From NCBI GenBank assembly GCA_030141605.1, contig JAQGDQ010000390.1, forward strand, positions 1 to 64,000: DNA of 64,000 bases, written 5' to 3'. Shown one piece after another: positions 51,054 to 64,000 of this stretch. The stretch's first letter is position 1; each line of letters opens with the position of its first letter. The position numbers and the translations under genes were made by a program. Under the pieces are notes generated by a model. That model did not search any database, was not told the origin of the DNA, and worked only from the letters and a program-made list of their open reading frames with translations. Source of the stretch: Tubiluchus corallicola (lineage: Eukaryota; Animalia; Priapulida).

Positions 51054-54000
51054 TCTCTTTCTCTTTCTCTTTGTATCTCTTTCTGTATTTCCAAGACAGT
51101 GGATTAGCTATTGTCATCTGAGTCTTTATACATTATTACATATCCTTCTAATCAAGGCATTATTACTGCAAATGATTTATAGCAACAACACTTGAGCTAG
51201 TGTAAAAAATACTGCTGGTCACTTGTATGATGTAGTGAACAATCATACATTGGAAATGCATAGCACTTTAAGCTTACGTGTTTAACACTCAATTAGTGTA
51301 AGTTCCCTGCTTTTGTTTCTGAATAGTTGTCTCATTCTCATTTTTCTAATTTGCAGGTTGCTGCTCGGTTCATTTTTCCATTCCGGTGACATGCACCTAT
51401 ACTTCAACATGGTTTCCTTCCTCTGGAAGGGTATGTCCTTAGAGAGAAGGTTTGGCAGTGCATATTTTGCCTACCTGCTTGCCGTACTGTCACTCACCGT
51501 CAACATAGTTCTTGTGGGATTGAGCTTTATTGCAGAGAGATTGTTCAATGATGGATCGTATCTCATGCAATGTGCAGTGGGTTTTTCAGGTACGTATTTA
51601 CGTATTTTTTGTACTTTTATAGAACTATTCTCCTTTAACAAATAGTACAACATTGATTTATGTCATGTTGTTTTGAAGTCAAGTTACCCATCCCATTTAT
51701 GGCAACATTTTAGATTTTTTGTTATTCGTATCATTTTAATACTTTGTTAGGTTCCTGCTGCTCGAATTTTTGATTAAACTAACAAGTTTGCAAACTTTAA
51801 ATTTAACTTGTGCACTGGAAAATGAGAATGAAAAAACAATGATTTGACTGATGTTTGGCTAGCTTCATTTGCTGTTTAATGCCGTTGCCTGTCCTTTTTG
51901 TTAAATACAACTTGAAACATGTTTATTTATGATGGGAAAAACAAGTAACAGCCAGCACCCACTCAATAAAAGACATGGTTTTTGTTCAGTTGCAACATTT
52001 CGACATGGTTACATGTCATACCCAACATTCACCATTAAAAATATACACCTTTACAGCCCACAGGCATTGGTCTGAAAATGAAGTGTGTCGGAGTCACTTT
52101 ACTCATTTGTCATTTGGCTTAGTATAACACGAATGTAAGTTTGCTATTTAGTATTGTCTTGTTTGGTTATCACAATGCTGATTTTTGTATATATTTTTTA
52201 CACTATATTTTTATTAGGTGATTCTTGCATGAAAATGCCATGTAACCTTGTCGAAACGTTGCAGATTTGTATCTGAATAAAACTCATGTCTTTTCTTTTG
52301 TGGGTGCTGGCTGTTATTTTTATTTGTATTGTAAATTACTTTTGTGCTTGTGCAGTCAATATTGTCAGTTTTCTAAATGTCAGTCTGACATTCTGCCATT
52401 TCACTACATCTTCATGTTGTAAAGGTATGACTTTTGTGGTGTCTAGGTGTCATATTTGCACTGAAAGTGATAACAACGTACTACCTTCCTCCGGGATCTA
52501 CGAGAGTCATGGGTTTTTTCCCGGTACCTTCACGTCTAGCTTGCTGGGCAGAATTGTTGCTTATTCAGGTAGCAAGAAAGACAATTTACAAGCTTTGCAC
52601 AGAAGCAGTTGTTATTCATTGTTTAGGGTGATAGGATGGTATGGGATTAAAATTAGCTGTATTTTTGAATATTTAATTTCTATTTGAAATATAACCATAA
52701 CTAGATCAAAATTTGTTAAAAACAGATCGTGGTTTTACATTTTTCATATTTTAATTGTACTTGAGTGGAATATTTTATTATTATGTTGCAAAAATTCTTA
52801 TAATATCATCAATAATTTTAATTTTTCTTTAATTTTTAATTTCTCTCTTTCTAGTTACTCGTACCGAACGCATCATTCCTAGGCCACCTTGCAGGAATTC
52901 TAGTTGGCATAGCATACACCAGAGGGCCACTTAAGTCGATTATGGATATATTTATGCTACCTCGTAAGTGCACAAATACGTCGAATAACTTGCACTGCTG
53001 GTAGAAAATTATTTAAGAAAAATATGACAAAAATTCTAATTCTCATTTACCATTAATAGATGATTCTGTCAAGAATTTTTTTTGTTTTAAATGTTAGTTC
53101 CAAAATTCAACATCATTTAACACTGTAAGACTGCTTATGTATGTAGCATTCAGAGTTGTTACCAATCCAATAATTTTGGTTCATTTTACTGATAATTAAG
53201 ATAGCAGTTTCAGTTTTGAATTTCCGATAATTACTATGCATCAGTGCCGAAATTTTTGGTTAATTGTCGGCAAAATGATGCCATAAAATTATAATAAATG
53301 ATGCCATAAAATTATAATAATGCAGAGAAATTTCTTACCAAAAAAAACTCCCTAAAGTTGGCGAGAATAGTATTTAATTCCAAATCTGTCTATGTAGCTG
53401 ACTATGTAGCTTAAATTACTGAAGCTAATCGTTTCCCTGGCTTATTCTCTTGCTCAAATAATTGTAGATGGTACTGAAAATTGTCAACCATGTCTTCACT
53501 TGCGAGAGTCTGCAGACACAATAGACGACATCCTGTCACAGCTATTTGAATTAAAGTTTTTTTTGACTTCGAGTAGTAACTTATAGATCCCTGTAATACG
53601 GTCTCAATGATTTGCATTGCTTTCCTCAAAAGTTTGGGCTTTCGTGCTGGCATAACAGCAAGTTTGTGTAATAAATTGTTTTGTGTAATAAAAAAATTGT
53701 ATTTTAACATTACCAACTTATCGTTACAACACGTTACAAAGTTACATTTTGCAAATTTGAATACGGAATAATTTTATATTGCCATACTTATTTGCATTGA
53801 CATGACATCAGATCATGTATCTTCAATTTTCAAAAGGCATTTTGGTTTTCATGTCGCTTTTAACTTGTATTTTGTCTTGGCTGTTGGTTCAAAGTTTTGC
53901 ATCAGTTTCAAATTTTTGTTTCAGTGACAACACTGATGGCTTTTATGCATTGCATCATATTTTGCATGGATACATGAATTTCTCTATCTCACCTACTGAT

Positions 54001-57000
54001 TCAAACTGCCGTCACCCCTTCAAGTGCTTAGCAAAGTTAGCATTGCTTAACTTTTGGAATACTTTTGAACTAAGTACTGGAACATGAAGTTTGTGGTTAC
54101 CTTGAAGAGTGACAAGATTTTCGTGTTAAATTTTCATTTGCATATTACTTACTGGAGTCCATTTTTACTTACTGAGTACTGAAATTACTTTTTTCAGAAT
54201 ATTCGCATTATTCTGATGCCAGTGGGAATGAATGGGCCAGCCGACCTCAGTCCAATTATACGTTCCATTCTTCTGGACGATCTGGTTACCGTAACCAAGG
54301 TAAACAGTTAATACTAAATCATGGTTGTCACATTTATTTACAAAAAATCTTGTTAACACGATGCCTAGAATAATGATGAAACCAATTGAAAATTTATGTA
54401 CTCCTTTATGAGAAGCAACTCTTAATGTATTATCATAAGCAGTGAATAACTAGAATGTGACTATCGTTTGATCAGCTCTTATAAACTGAATGTGCGTAAG
54501 TTTTTTTATAATTCGAGCGCATGTCAGCCAGAATCTGGCATGGTGTGGCAAGACTGGACTCTAACTTATTATCAAGGCACATGATCTAAGATTAGGCACT
54601 GAACCAGTAGCTGTGCCTTAGCCACATTCGGATGTATGTACATTCAGGTAAATAATCATAATCTGTCGAGGCAAACGATAAATAAATCGCCCAGAGTGAG
54701 TAGTTAACCCAGGTGTTCATGGGCCATTCACTGATGAGCATTGGTCACAAAACACATACATGACCACTCAGCTATACTTCTCTCCTCAAGAGTTGCAATT
54801 ACAAAAACTGAATTCAGCTGCACCTGTTTTCTTAGATTATTTTGGTGAAGTGAGACCTAGAGATGACAATGATCTCCGTGACAGTATGAGACAAAGTGAA
54901 GAAGATGAAGATGTTGCAGAAGCCATTAGACGAAGTCGAGAAGGTGAGTGTAGCTATTGTCACTTTGGCGAATTTTATATAGTTGAGACACTGAACCAGC
55001 AGAAGAGTCTTAATCATGTTTCGATGTTCAATCAATGAAATATAGTATTAACTTTCTATTGTGTGTGTGTGTGTGTGTTTTTGTTTATATGTATTTGTAT
55101 GATTTGTATGTATGTATATCTATTTGTGTTTGTTTGTATTTATAATCTTTATTTTTCTGCACTTTTGCTTGTACATGCACTTGCATGGTGAGGATTCATG
55201 TACCAGTTGTAAAAATTGTCTGATCTGAAACAAAATAAACTATGCTTATACTATGTAGAGCAGGTTTTGGTAGAGACAGCAGCTCACCTACCTGTTTACT
55301 AACCAGGCCGAGCTTCGCTTACCTTTATGTTTCTTGCCAATTTTATTTGTAATGAATAAGTTTTACTTCTGAGACTTAAATATTCTTTTTTGATTAGTTT
55401 TAGTTTGTTGCTTTTTGCTCATTCACTTTAATTGTTATTAAGTTTTAGTTCAACAGCAGAAGACAAAGGTTTCAGTATCCAATTCTGACCAGATTTTTAA
55501 ACTACAAATGCAGATGAGATAGTGCAGTGAGCTATCTTAGTTGTGTGAAGCAATATTATGGTTCTTCTTGCGATACCATGCCATTTTGTAATACGGTAAT
55601 TTTTGTTGATGGAAAATCCCATTATGCTCTAGAAAACTCAATCATGATTTCATTTTTCGGATGTTTTTAACTTCTACTTCTTTTGAAGAAAGACATTTTG
55701 GCAAACTGTGTTCCACAGTATTTCTTGGGACAGCAGAGCAAGCACATAACAAGTAAAAGTGGAACGTGTTATGCGACTAACTACACTTACAATGCTTTAC
55801 TCGGGTGTTCAGTTTCTCTTTTTCTGAACAGGGTTATACATTTACTGATGGAAAATAGAGAAGTAATGCAATAATTGTGCAGTTAGAAATAAGTATCCGG
55901 AACAAATATGTTTAATGTGAAAATATTGCACTGAAGCCAATTTTTCAGGTACACCCCTTTCAGGTGTATTGCAGTGGCTCGCCTCTTACGAAGTCATTGC
56001 ATATCAGCGTTGCATACTGGGTTTACCGAAACCGCTCATACGGAATGGCTTCGTGAATTCAGTTGGTGAACGGGTACGTGTTTTCCACCTCAGCATCTGT
56101 TCCGTAATTGCAACCAGCATGAGGAACGCCTGAATGAAGTCTGGCAGTTTCTTCCTATATGCGTTTAACTCACGTTTTTATGTCGTTGCTACTGTTTATG
56201 GAGCGTAAGTTTGCAACAACCCAGTATTGAACCCTGGACATTTGGGCTGCCGCCATTGCAATATTGATATTAAAATTTTAGTTTTTTCTTTTCGTACATG
56301 TGAATTTTTTTCTACTATTTGTTTTATTAATGCACGGAAGTTTGGGATGAGTTATTCATTTTGGTGTGTACTATGAAAGTACATTTTTACCTGTATGATT
56401 TTGTTAATCAATTTCATTTCAGATTACTACCATGCACAATCTCGATCAATGTCAGAATCTCAAGCAACACCCTCTGCCCCGCCTCCAGAGGATGATCTAC
56501 CTCATGACAACTGCTTGTATCCGGAAGAAGATGAAGATGTTGCAGAAGCCATTAGACGAAGTCGAGAAGGTGAGTGTAGCTATTGTCACTTTGGCGAATT
56601 TTATATAGTTGAGACACTGAACCAGCAGAAGAGTCTTAATCATGTTTCGATGTTCAATCAATGAAATATAGTATTGTGTGTGTGTGTGTGTGTTTTTGTT
56701 TATATGTATTTGTATGTATGTATATCTATTTGTGTTTGTTTGTATTTATAATCTTTATTTTTCTGCACTTTTGCTTGTACATGCACTTGCATGGTGAGGA
56801 TTCATGTACCAGTTGTAAAAATTGTCTGATCTGAAACAAAATAAACTATGCTTATACTATGTAGAGCAGGTTTTGGTAGAGACAGCAGCTCACCTACCTG
56901 TTTACTAACCAGGCCGAGCTTCGCTTACCTTTATGTTTCTTGCCAATTTTATTTGTAATGAATAAGTTTTACTTCTGAGACTTAAATATTCTTTTTTGAT

Positions 57001-58230
57001 TAGTTTTAGTTTGTTGCTTTTTGCTCATTCACTTTAATTGTTATTAAGTTTTAGTTCAACAGCAGAAGACAAAGGTTTCAGTATCCAATTCTGACCAGAT
57101 TTTTAAACTACAAATGCAGATGAGATAGTGCAGGGAGCTATTTTAGTTGTGTGAAGCAATATTATGGTTCTTCCTGCGATACCATGCCATTTTGTAATTT
57201 TTGTTGATGGAAAATCCCATTATGCTTTAGAAAACTCAATCATGATTCCATTTTTCGGATGTTTTTAACTTCTACTTCTTTTGAAGAAAGACATTTTGGC
57301 ATACTGTGTTCCACATTATTTCTTGGGACAGTAGAGCAAGCGCGTCACAAGTAAAAGTGGAACGTGTTATGCGACTAACTACACTTACAATGCTTTACTC
57401 GGGTATTCAGTTTCTCTTTTTCTGAACAGGGTTATACATTTACTGATAGAAAATAGAGAAGTAATGCAATAATTGTGCAGTTAGAAATAAGTATTCAGAA
57501 CAAATATGTTTAATGTGAAAATATTGCACGGGAGCCAATTTTTCTGGTACATCCCTTCTATATTGCAGTGGTTCGCCTCTTACGAAGCCATTGCATACTG
57601 GGTATACTGAAACCGCTCATACGGAATGGCTTCGTGAATTCAGTTGGTGAACAGGTACGTGTTTTCCTCCTCAGCATCTGTTCCGTAATTGCAACCAGCA
57701 TGAGGAATGCATGAATGAAGTCTGGCAGTTTCTTCCTATATGCGTTCAACTCACGTTTTTATGTCGTTGCTGATTATGGAGCATAAGTTTGCAACAACCC
57801 AGTATTGAACCCTGGACATTTGGGCTGCCGCCATTGCAATATTGATATTAAAATTTTACTTTTTTTTACACGTAAATTTTTTTCTACTATTTGTTTTATT
57901 AATGCACGGAAGTTTGGGATGAGTTATTCATTTTGGTGTGTACTATGAAAGTACATTCTTATCTGTATGATTTTGTTAATCAATTTCATTTCAGATTACT
58001 ACCATGCACAATCTCGATCAATGTCAGAATCTCAAGCAACACCCTCTGCCCCGCCTCCAGAGGATGATCTACCTCATGACAACTGCTTGTATCCGGATCT
58101 TAGCAACAATGTAAATAGTTACGAAAACATTCCTGAGAACAACGAGTACGGATGGAGGGCAGAAGTGGTTGGTAATCCCGTAGATATGGATGACTTGCGG
58201 AGACGGAGGTTGGCCAGGTTTGACAGTTAG
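50337..58230 (+). CDS. RHBDD1: Rhomboid-related protein 4 (RHBDD1/RHBDL4); about 427 aa with the duplicated exon, 378 aa without
   Basis: Exons 50337-50563, 51357-51589, 52447-52568, 52855-52963, 54198-54299, 54836-54943, 56423-56569 (chimeric), 57995-58230, all GT-AG and in frame. IPPVTLA, HSGDMHLYFNM, catalytic GFSG and GHLAG, UIM EEDEDVAEAIRRS, C-terminal VCP-binding-like DLRRRRLARFDS. Confidence 0.95.
50828..51085. repeat. (CT)n-rich microsatellite in an RHBDD1 intron
   Basis: Directly visible. Confidence 0.95.
51940..52322. repeat. Imperfect inverted repeat (about 110-120-bp arms), resembling Penelope-type element ends
   Basis: 51940-52050 is an imperfect reverse complement of 52200-52322; right arm carries a TGAAAATG...CGAAACGTTG...AATAAA pattern. 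Confidence 0.6.
54898..58097 (+). repeat. Direct tandem duplication (1626 bp + 1572 bp) inside RHBDD1
   Basis: Unit 1 54898-56523, unit 2 56524-58095; exonic parts identical, intronic parts differ by substitutions and small indels; GA microhomology at the junction. Confidence 0.95.
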
Positions 58231-59605
58231 CAGGCTGCCGGTGGCTGTTCCAGCTGTATTTTCTCACCTGTTGTTGTAAAAATTACATTTGGTCATATCA
58301 TGTTATGCCTTTTTTGCGTTTGCTTTCTCTGTGTGTGTCTACAGAAGTTGTAGAAGAACAGTTTTAACGTTTGTAAATAAATCAAGGCTGGTGTCATAAC
58401 TAAACCCAATAAAGAGTAAACTGTAAAAATGGGATTCATTTTAAGCTTTTAGAAATGTGAACACTTCAGATACATGAAGAAACTTCTAGAGATGTTCTTC
58501 ATTGGACTTTCAGTTTATTGAAAAATTTGAAATCTGATTTGAGTAAAACACAGATGAATTTTTTGATAACAAAGCCTTTAAAACTTTAAAGCTTTTGATG
58601 CCACTATAAAAGTCTGCTCATTTAGACATCATTGTATTTTATGAATACTTGCAACTTTCCCATTTTATCAATTGCTTTTATTCTGTGACTAACATGTTGT
58701 AATCATTTGGGAAATACTATATTTTCAGGATGTGACACACTTTCTAACTTGCAGTTAATGTAATGAGTTTTTGAAAACTGTTAAAAGAACTGAGTTATTA
58801 TGCTGTGTTTTTGTATTTGCTGTCAACACGAGTGACTACATGTTATTGTTTTATATATTTTATAGCGCTAAGATAATAAAATGTTCATAAATTTAAAGGA
58901 AAAGACAAGTGTCTTAGCATGTTGGGTTTACTTTACTGCTATCAGTTAAACTTAGAAAAATATAACAAAAGAATTACAAAAAAACTCTATGAAGCATTCC
59001 ATTAATTTTCAGTTAGGCTGTATGGAAGTTTTTTAGGTGCAACGGTTGCTGTCATACCGTTGAAAATCAAGACACAACTGGTGGTTTAGTGACTTCTCGT
59101 AAGCGCTTCATGACTTTCTGTGAGCGCATGCTGTTTAAACTGTGGTTCAAACTTCTGAAGCCTATCTACTGTTCATGCTAAATATGACATTAATTAGCTA
59201 TCTAATTTTTTGTGAAAACTTATCGTGCTTTTGATGGAAACTCACAGTACTCAGCTTCAGTTTGTGGACGACATCATTGGTGAAAGAATGGATATTCAAA
59301 ATGTGAGTGCCAAAGCTTCAGGCTTCAGGATTGCGACTTTAAAGTGATTTTACTAATTATGCGAGACGTTTTATTACATTCTTATTACCACATGCTGCTA
59401 ATATTTTTCACGAACACGCAAAAGGCTTGGCCTTTCCTTTATTATGGTTGGTCTTTGCTTGTTTTAAGCGAACTTATTTATTGATGCTTGCATTTTTTAA
59501 GCTAAAGACACCGTTCACTAACACCATTTTATTAAGCAAAATACACATTCAACTTAGCATGGATAGTAAATACGTAAATGTTTAAACTAATCTGCTGCAA
59601 AAACA

Positions 59606-60292
59606 TTGATAACCAGTAGAATCGACTATTGTAATAGCTTTTTGATAAATGTTCCTAAGTATAAACTTGAACAACTTCAATATTTGCAAAACTCGGCAGC
59701 TAGACTTACTACCTTTACATCCATTTTTCATCATTTGCATTTGCTAGCGATTGAGCAATCTGTTAAGCTGCTACTTGTATTTAAGGTGCTTCATGGCAAA
59801 ACACCTGATTACATTTGTGACATGAGTCGTCGAACATATGCCAATCAGTATAATCTGAGAACAAATGATTACCTTTTGCTTACGGTTCCAAAAGCGCGCT
59901 GTTCACTTTGGGTGGTAGGTCCTTTGCTGTTGCACGACAAACTCTATGGATCATTTTACCGGGGCACTTACGAACGCTAATGCTTTAAAATAGTACACAA
60001 TCATTGAAGTGATCATTTATTTGTCGTAATATTCTTGTATTTTCTGAATCTGCGTGTTTTTTTTATATTTACTTATTGTAATTTTATGAAATTTAGTAGG
60101 CTTATTGTTCGAGCATCATTTTTAAATCTGTCATGATTTCAGATATTTTTGTGAAGGGTCATTGAATATTGTCAATTGTGATGTCTATAGACTTAGACGC
60201 TATACAAAATAAATATTGTTATTACTGTTATTATTACTATTATTATTATTGTTATTATTATTGTTATTATTATTATTATTATTATTATATTA
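59606..60292 (+). mobile_element. 5'-truncated L2/CR1-group LINE with (ATT)n tail
   Basis: ITSRIDYCNSFL...LQYLQNSAARL...VFKVLHGKTPDYI...YNLRT is the typical L2/CR1 ORF2 C-terminus; AATAAA followed by (ATT)n at about 60208-60292. Confidence 0.85.
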
Positions 60293-61441
60293 GCCCAAGC
60301 TTAGTGTTATTTCTCACTACATCTTGAAGATCCATTGAGCTCATAATTTAATATGCGTAACAAAAAATCATTAAACCTTATAATTTAGCACTTTGTATGC
60401 ACCCAATGAAGAAGTATCAATGGGTCATTTTTATAAATAGTTTGCACTCATTAGCTGCTTTCAGAAGGTGTGTTATTCGGGTGCTATGAACTTCAATTGC
60501 GTTTTTAATTGAGCATATCCAATTCTGTAAATTTTACTGTCAAGCAAACTGTGCATCACTCGTTTTTGATTCAATTTTAATTAAGGACTAGTTCTGCTAC
60601 CCTATAATACATTGACAGCTATGGCTGAAAACCTACAAATGGAGGTCATCGGGTATCGAAATTTTGAGACTCCTATGCCATACTAAAATGTTATCAAGGT
60701 AATAGCCTGTTGGTTTTAATGGTACATGGTAAAATTATTCATGAAAACTATAAACACCCATATAATATACAACAGCACAACTTCTGTATAATATATTATA
60801 TTATAAATATTAACTAATAGTAACAACTGGGTGTTTCTTGTATTATATTATCACATAAGTAAATTGAGTAAATGCTTGCTTAGGTGTCTATAATATACAT
60901 AATAAATATATCAGAATGACAGCATAATGCTCAAAATAATTACTGATGTATTGACACATACATTGGCACTTTGCAGTTTATAATTTAAGCTCAATGCTTA
61001 TTGCTTAGTATATATTCACTGCACCTTAATAATAATTAGTTGTCATTACAATAAAATATGTCTACACTTGTATTACCACTTTGGCACGCTGCATTACAAA
61101 CATATGCTGCAGCAGCAAAAAATCTAAAAAAGATAAAATGATGTACTTAAAGTTGAGCAGACAGCAAAAACAATTGTTTACGAAACTGTAAATACACAAT
61201 AAGTATGTCACATTTTACCAACATGAGTGGGGCATCTCTGATGAATCTATGAATACAATGTGTCACTATTTTGCAGCATGAAGCGATGCAGTAACACATA
61301 AATTTCTAAAAAGTAATATCAACTCTCTCAGCAGAGAAGTGGTTTTAAGTTCTTGGACCCTCCATATCACGTATTTAAGTTCAATGTTGCATGATCACAG
61401 ATGCGTAAACGCTACTGTCATAGCTGAAGTGAGGTGACCCA

Positions 61442-64000
61442 TTATCGTTTGGAACTTTTGCTACCTTTTATGCTGTCGATGCTTCCACTCTTGCGAAGTC
61501 TACTCGGCTGTTTGTGGTCTTTATTCATGTTCGTCTCTAAACAATTTAAACAGAGTAACAACGACAAGTTTTAATCTACCCAGGCAACTATTAAAAATTC
61601 TCGCTATTTTCAAGATTCCCGCTATTATAATTCCAATTCAGATCATAAGCAAAGTTCTTTGCTCAGTATTCTTGAACATTCTAGACCTCATAGCGAAAAC
61701 TTCAATTTCTCAGGTTGTTTCAACAGCTCATTAGCAAATTTAGTAGCTTCCTATTAGGCAAACTTTTAAGAAGAATAAGCCTTTTCACAGTTCCAGCGAT
61801 TGATGATGAACCAGACAGCACATTTGTGTACACTTGACAACGCCTCACAGTCCATGTTACTCTAATAGTAACCGTTTTAACAGCTAGTTAGAACTTTACC
61901 TAGTTCAGTTTTTCTTGTTCCCGAGCAAAATCCTGTTAGTAAACCTCTCTAAGCATTGATTAATGGATAGTTAAGTAAGTTCCAAGCAAAACAATTGAAG
62001 TTATGCTTTATTTTACCCACATGTTACGTGACCGTTGTAGTGAAGACGCGTTGCTCCGGTATACTTAGCCTTTGACCCACAGCAACTCCTCGTGCACTCA
62101 ATGAAACTGTGAAAAGGCTTATTACCATAAAGATATTACAAGAACTTCGAAATATAGTCGAGCACACCACAAGCTGTTCCAGTCTTTGGTTTCTGTCTGC
62201 TGAATTCATACACCACAAACAGTTTGCCACATTTTGTTTTATAATATATATATATATATATAGAAATATTATCAATTTTTTTTATTAAAACAGCCTTATA
62301 TTTGTCTGACAACAGCAACTAAATAACTTTGTAACTGTGATGCTGACGCATACAAAAACCAAACAAATCACTTTTTTAAAAGCTACATACACAAAGAAAT
62401 ACAGTCAATAGAGCCTCAAGTAGAAATTCTAATGAGTGACATTATATCAGGTGGTGCAAAAAAACGTGGTGAAGTTTTGATCACAATGTTATATGAAGAA
62501 AATAATGGATTTGCTTAAAAATTACCACACTGATGTTACATACGCTTATGTGTAAATGCCATAATTTTTAAGTCATTTCCTTAGATTTTTCCAAGGGTAC
62601 AGAAGTCTTAAAACAATAAGTAAGTTCCAGAAAAATTATGACACTATTGCTAAAATTTATAGCAAGTGCTCTATGTGGCCATCATTTTTACTGCAATCTA
62701 AATGAAGGCATTTCTTCCAACGACTAACACATTTTCTCACTTCTTTAATGGGTAGTTGGTTCCAGCATTCAACAATTTTTAGCTTTGAGTTCCTTTGCAT
62801 CATACGGCTCTGTGCAGCTGTTGCGTACTTTTTCCGGAGGATTAAGTTTCGTTTTTTTCTGGGCAACAAATCTTTATCAGTACTTTATTTTCAGTAGTAA
62901 AAACCAAGATGTAAAGTGGATTTGTGACTGAGGGCTTTACATATATGCCAACGTGACTATTTTACAATTGATGATTAGCTAACATTCATTTCAATTCAAT
63001 TCAATAGATTTATTTTGCAAAACACAAATACTTATGCACCACAAAGGCACTGGTGATCAATTTTTGTTAATACAAAATCAGGATATAATTCATGAATTCT
63101 GCACTAGAGACTTAAAAAACTAGCTTATGTTACGCCACTAGAACGTACTACTAATAGTTAGTGTGAGTTACAGTGGGCATTAGTAGTATTATCCCGGCAT
63201 TGTTCCAGCACTTAAATTTTTAAAATGCAAAAGTTTTAAATATAAATTGTTTTAAATATAAATTGTTTTAAATATAAAACAATAACTAAAATATTGTTAG
63301 AACCATAAACTTGTTACTTTCGCAACCAAAAGACAACATATCACAATATCACGCTGAGAAATTGGAACTTTATAGTGCACTTGCTTCTAATGATATTGCA
63401 GTCTAAACTTCGGCACATTTTTTCTGCACCACCCAATATGTATGTGGTAATGTTTCACAGAAATGTTGTCTGTGATTTTATTTTTCGTTTGGCTTTGATA
63501 ACAGCTCTGAAAATTAAGATGTTTCAGTAAGAGTAGTCACCTGCCAGAGAGGTTATTTATAATTCGTGGGACACAAGATTAAAGAGATTCTGTATTTTTA
63601 CAATTTCAGGCCAATTTTCAAAACACTTAAAATTTGTGCAAGCCAGATGAAATGCAAATCACTACTACAGTGACTAGAAGGTAGTGAATGCATCGGATCA
63701 TCTAGACATTTGATCTTGCAATAAGTGAGAAGTAAATTTATTTCGACTACGATTATTGAAAATTATGCCGGTTTCGGTTTTACCGGGAAGAAATTTTAAA
63801 TGGGAACAATGGCAATTGCAAACCTGATTTCGGCATGCTGATTTCCAGGTTGACTGTAGACGGCGGCTTAAGTGATGGAATCGACACACAGAAGGAACTA
63901 CGGACGGAATGAACACTGCTGCGTGCCGATGAGGCGCGAGACGAAGTGGCACTGCTTGCATTGCTGGAGGGCAAACTAGGTGGCAACAGATCCATCTGGA
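61442..64000 (-). CDS. Possible 3' exons of an unidentified gene entering from the right edge
   Basis: GC-richer Ser-rich frame at about 63824-64000 (SSNASSATSSRASSARSSVHSVRSS); candidate exons with good acceptors at about 62030-62106 and 61442-61535 (..NKDHKQPSRLRKSGSIDSIKGSKSSKR*); splice phases not resolved. Confidence 0.3.
62448..63436 (-). mobile_element. Internally deleted Tc1/mariner element
   Basis: Imperfect TIRs caggtggtgcaaaaaaacgtg / cacattttttctgcaccaccca with adjacent TA; ORF 62657-62869 ends ...ECWNQLP...VSRWKK...GHIEHLL, like DDD/DDE transposase C-termini. Confidence 0.75.

Overview
AT-rich, intron-containing invertebrate animal genomic DNA (taxon not determinable from the sequence); most ORF-track entries are noise or exon fragments. 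Reading splice sites by hand gives: (i) two tandem paralogous minus-strand genes (about 10-14.6 kb and 16.5-20.9 kb) for secreted three-domain Kazal-type proteins with an unusual 8-Cys pattern; (ii) a Popeye-domain (BVES/POPDC) gene with 7 coding exons, minus strand, 26-37 kb; (iii) a class I SAM methyltransferase with a single coding exon, 43.9-44.8 kb; (iv) an RHBDD1/RHBDL4 rhomboid gene, plus strand, 50.3-58.2 kb, with an in-frame 1.6-kb intragenic tandem duplication that creates a chimeric exon doubling its UIM and PSAP motifs; (v) probably the 3' end of another minus-strand gene at the right edge. Interspersed are hAT, pogo-like and Harbinger-derived elements, a Gypsy-type LTR/gag relic, a solo LTR with heat-shock elements next to a TATA box, a Helitron-like pair, LINE and Tc1/mariner relics, minisatellites and long microsatellites. 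All gene models are manual predictions without transcript or database support.
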